Source of the DNA: Folioceros fuciformis
Lineage: Eukaryota
Length of the DNA: 34,795 nucleotides
Assembly (NCBI GenBank): GCA_049999805.1
Contig: JBNGIO010006342.1
Span: 367,641 to 402,435 of the forward strand
Direction of reading: 5' to 3'
Shown here: one piece after another, positions 33,990 to 34,795 of the stretch
Layout of the letters: each line of letters opens with the position of its first letter
Numbering within the stretch: position 1 is the first letter of the stretch
The notes under the pieces: generated by a model
What the model saw: only the letters and a program-made list of their open reading frames with translations
Told to the model about the DNA's origin: nothing
Database searches by the model: none
Position numbers and translations under genes: made by a program

Positions 33990-34795
33990 GCCAAGCTGCA
34001 ACCAATTCCGTGGCACAGATCTAGAGGTACGTACCGGCTATAGAAGTGGAAGCGCCTCGTCGCCGAGCCTCCTCGTGCTCGCCCAGCACAATTCAGCCAG
34101 GACATCCGCTATCAAACCACTGGCTAGGGAAGCAGGCAATACAACTGTTTCGTCCGATGCGGGGGCCCGGTGTGGAGCCGGATGGTCATGTGGTTTGTGG
34201 TAACTCTTCAGACAAGTGGAAAGAGTTTGGACTCTAGGCAGGAAGTGCATGCTGATGTATTGGCCACCCGGCCTGGTCTGTTTGTCTGTAGGTGCGCGGT
34301 GTACAGTACGCAAACTGTGGGAGCTTGGAAGACGCTCACAGAGCGTGTGACGGCAATGGGCAGAGAAAGATGTGGTGTCGTGGACTGCTCTGATTGCAGG
34401 GTAATCCCGGCTGGGTTGAACCAAGAAGCCTTTCGGCGGTACAAGAAGGTGTATGCTAGCACACGGCATCTCTTCACCCAATTCCGTGATTTCTGTGTGC
34501 CTCCCCCAGGAATGAGTCATTGTTGCCGCTCCAGCTCTTGAGAAGGGTAAGCATCTTACACACAAGCAACGAAGGCAGACAGGATACCACGCTGACATCT
34601 TCACCGTCTGTTTGGTGCCAATGATTGCAAAGGAAGGCAACCTGGAAGTTGCCCACATACCATTTCATGGACGTGGTCCAAGTGATTATGGCCACCCATG
34701 ATTTCGTGGCTTAGGAATGCAATTATCACGACAGTCCCAGCAAGGAATGGGACAGAAAGCCCGTACCCCATTCCTTCACACTTGCCAGCCTGTGC
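33990..34795 (+). pseudogene. Degenerate PLS-class PPR gene (N-terminal part, may continue past the window end)
   Basis: GKQAIQLFRPMRGPGVEPDGHV, QEVHADV, YANCGSLEDAH (34307), KDVVSWTALIAG* (34366-34404) and GLNQEAF lie in different frames. Confidence 0.78.

Overview
Eukaryotic land-plant nuclear DNA: gene-dense, with short (mostly ~70-140 nt) GT-AG introns and several decayed PLS-class PPR genes. This pattern suggests a hornwort or another seed-free plant with a compact genome (inference). Intact genes in order: intronless DEUBAD/NFRKB-like gene (-), NHP2 copy 1 (+), IND1 mitochondrial Fe-S protein (-), intronless PTC52-like Rieske oxygenase (+), NHP2 copy 2 (+), sterol C-14 reductase FACKEL (-), a TRM/LONGIFOLIA-family gene (+), an AT-rich acid-lipase-family gene (-), an intronless F-box gene (+) and CTF7/ECO1 (+). 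Between them lie a 49-bp tandem repeat, a duplicated IND1 3' pseudogene, four PPR relics and a ~4 kb stretch without intact genes that has weak Harbinger-like and chromodomain/PHD-like traces. I found no clearly novel multi-gene system. The most unusual item is a five-copy GLEAPRNS array in the TRM gene, which looks like a tandemly duplicated intron-end plus exon and still carries in-frame candidate splice sites. Family assignments come from motif recognition by eye, not database searches.
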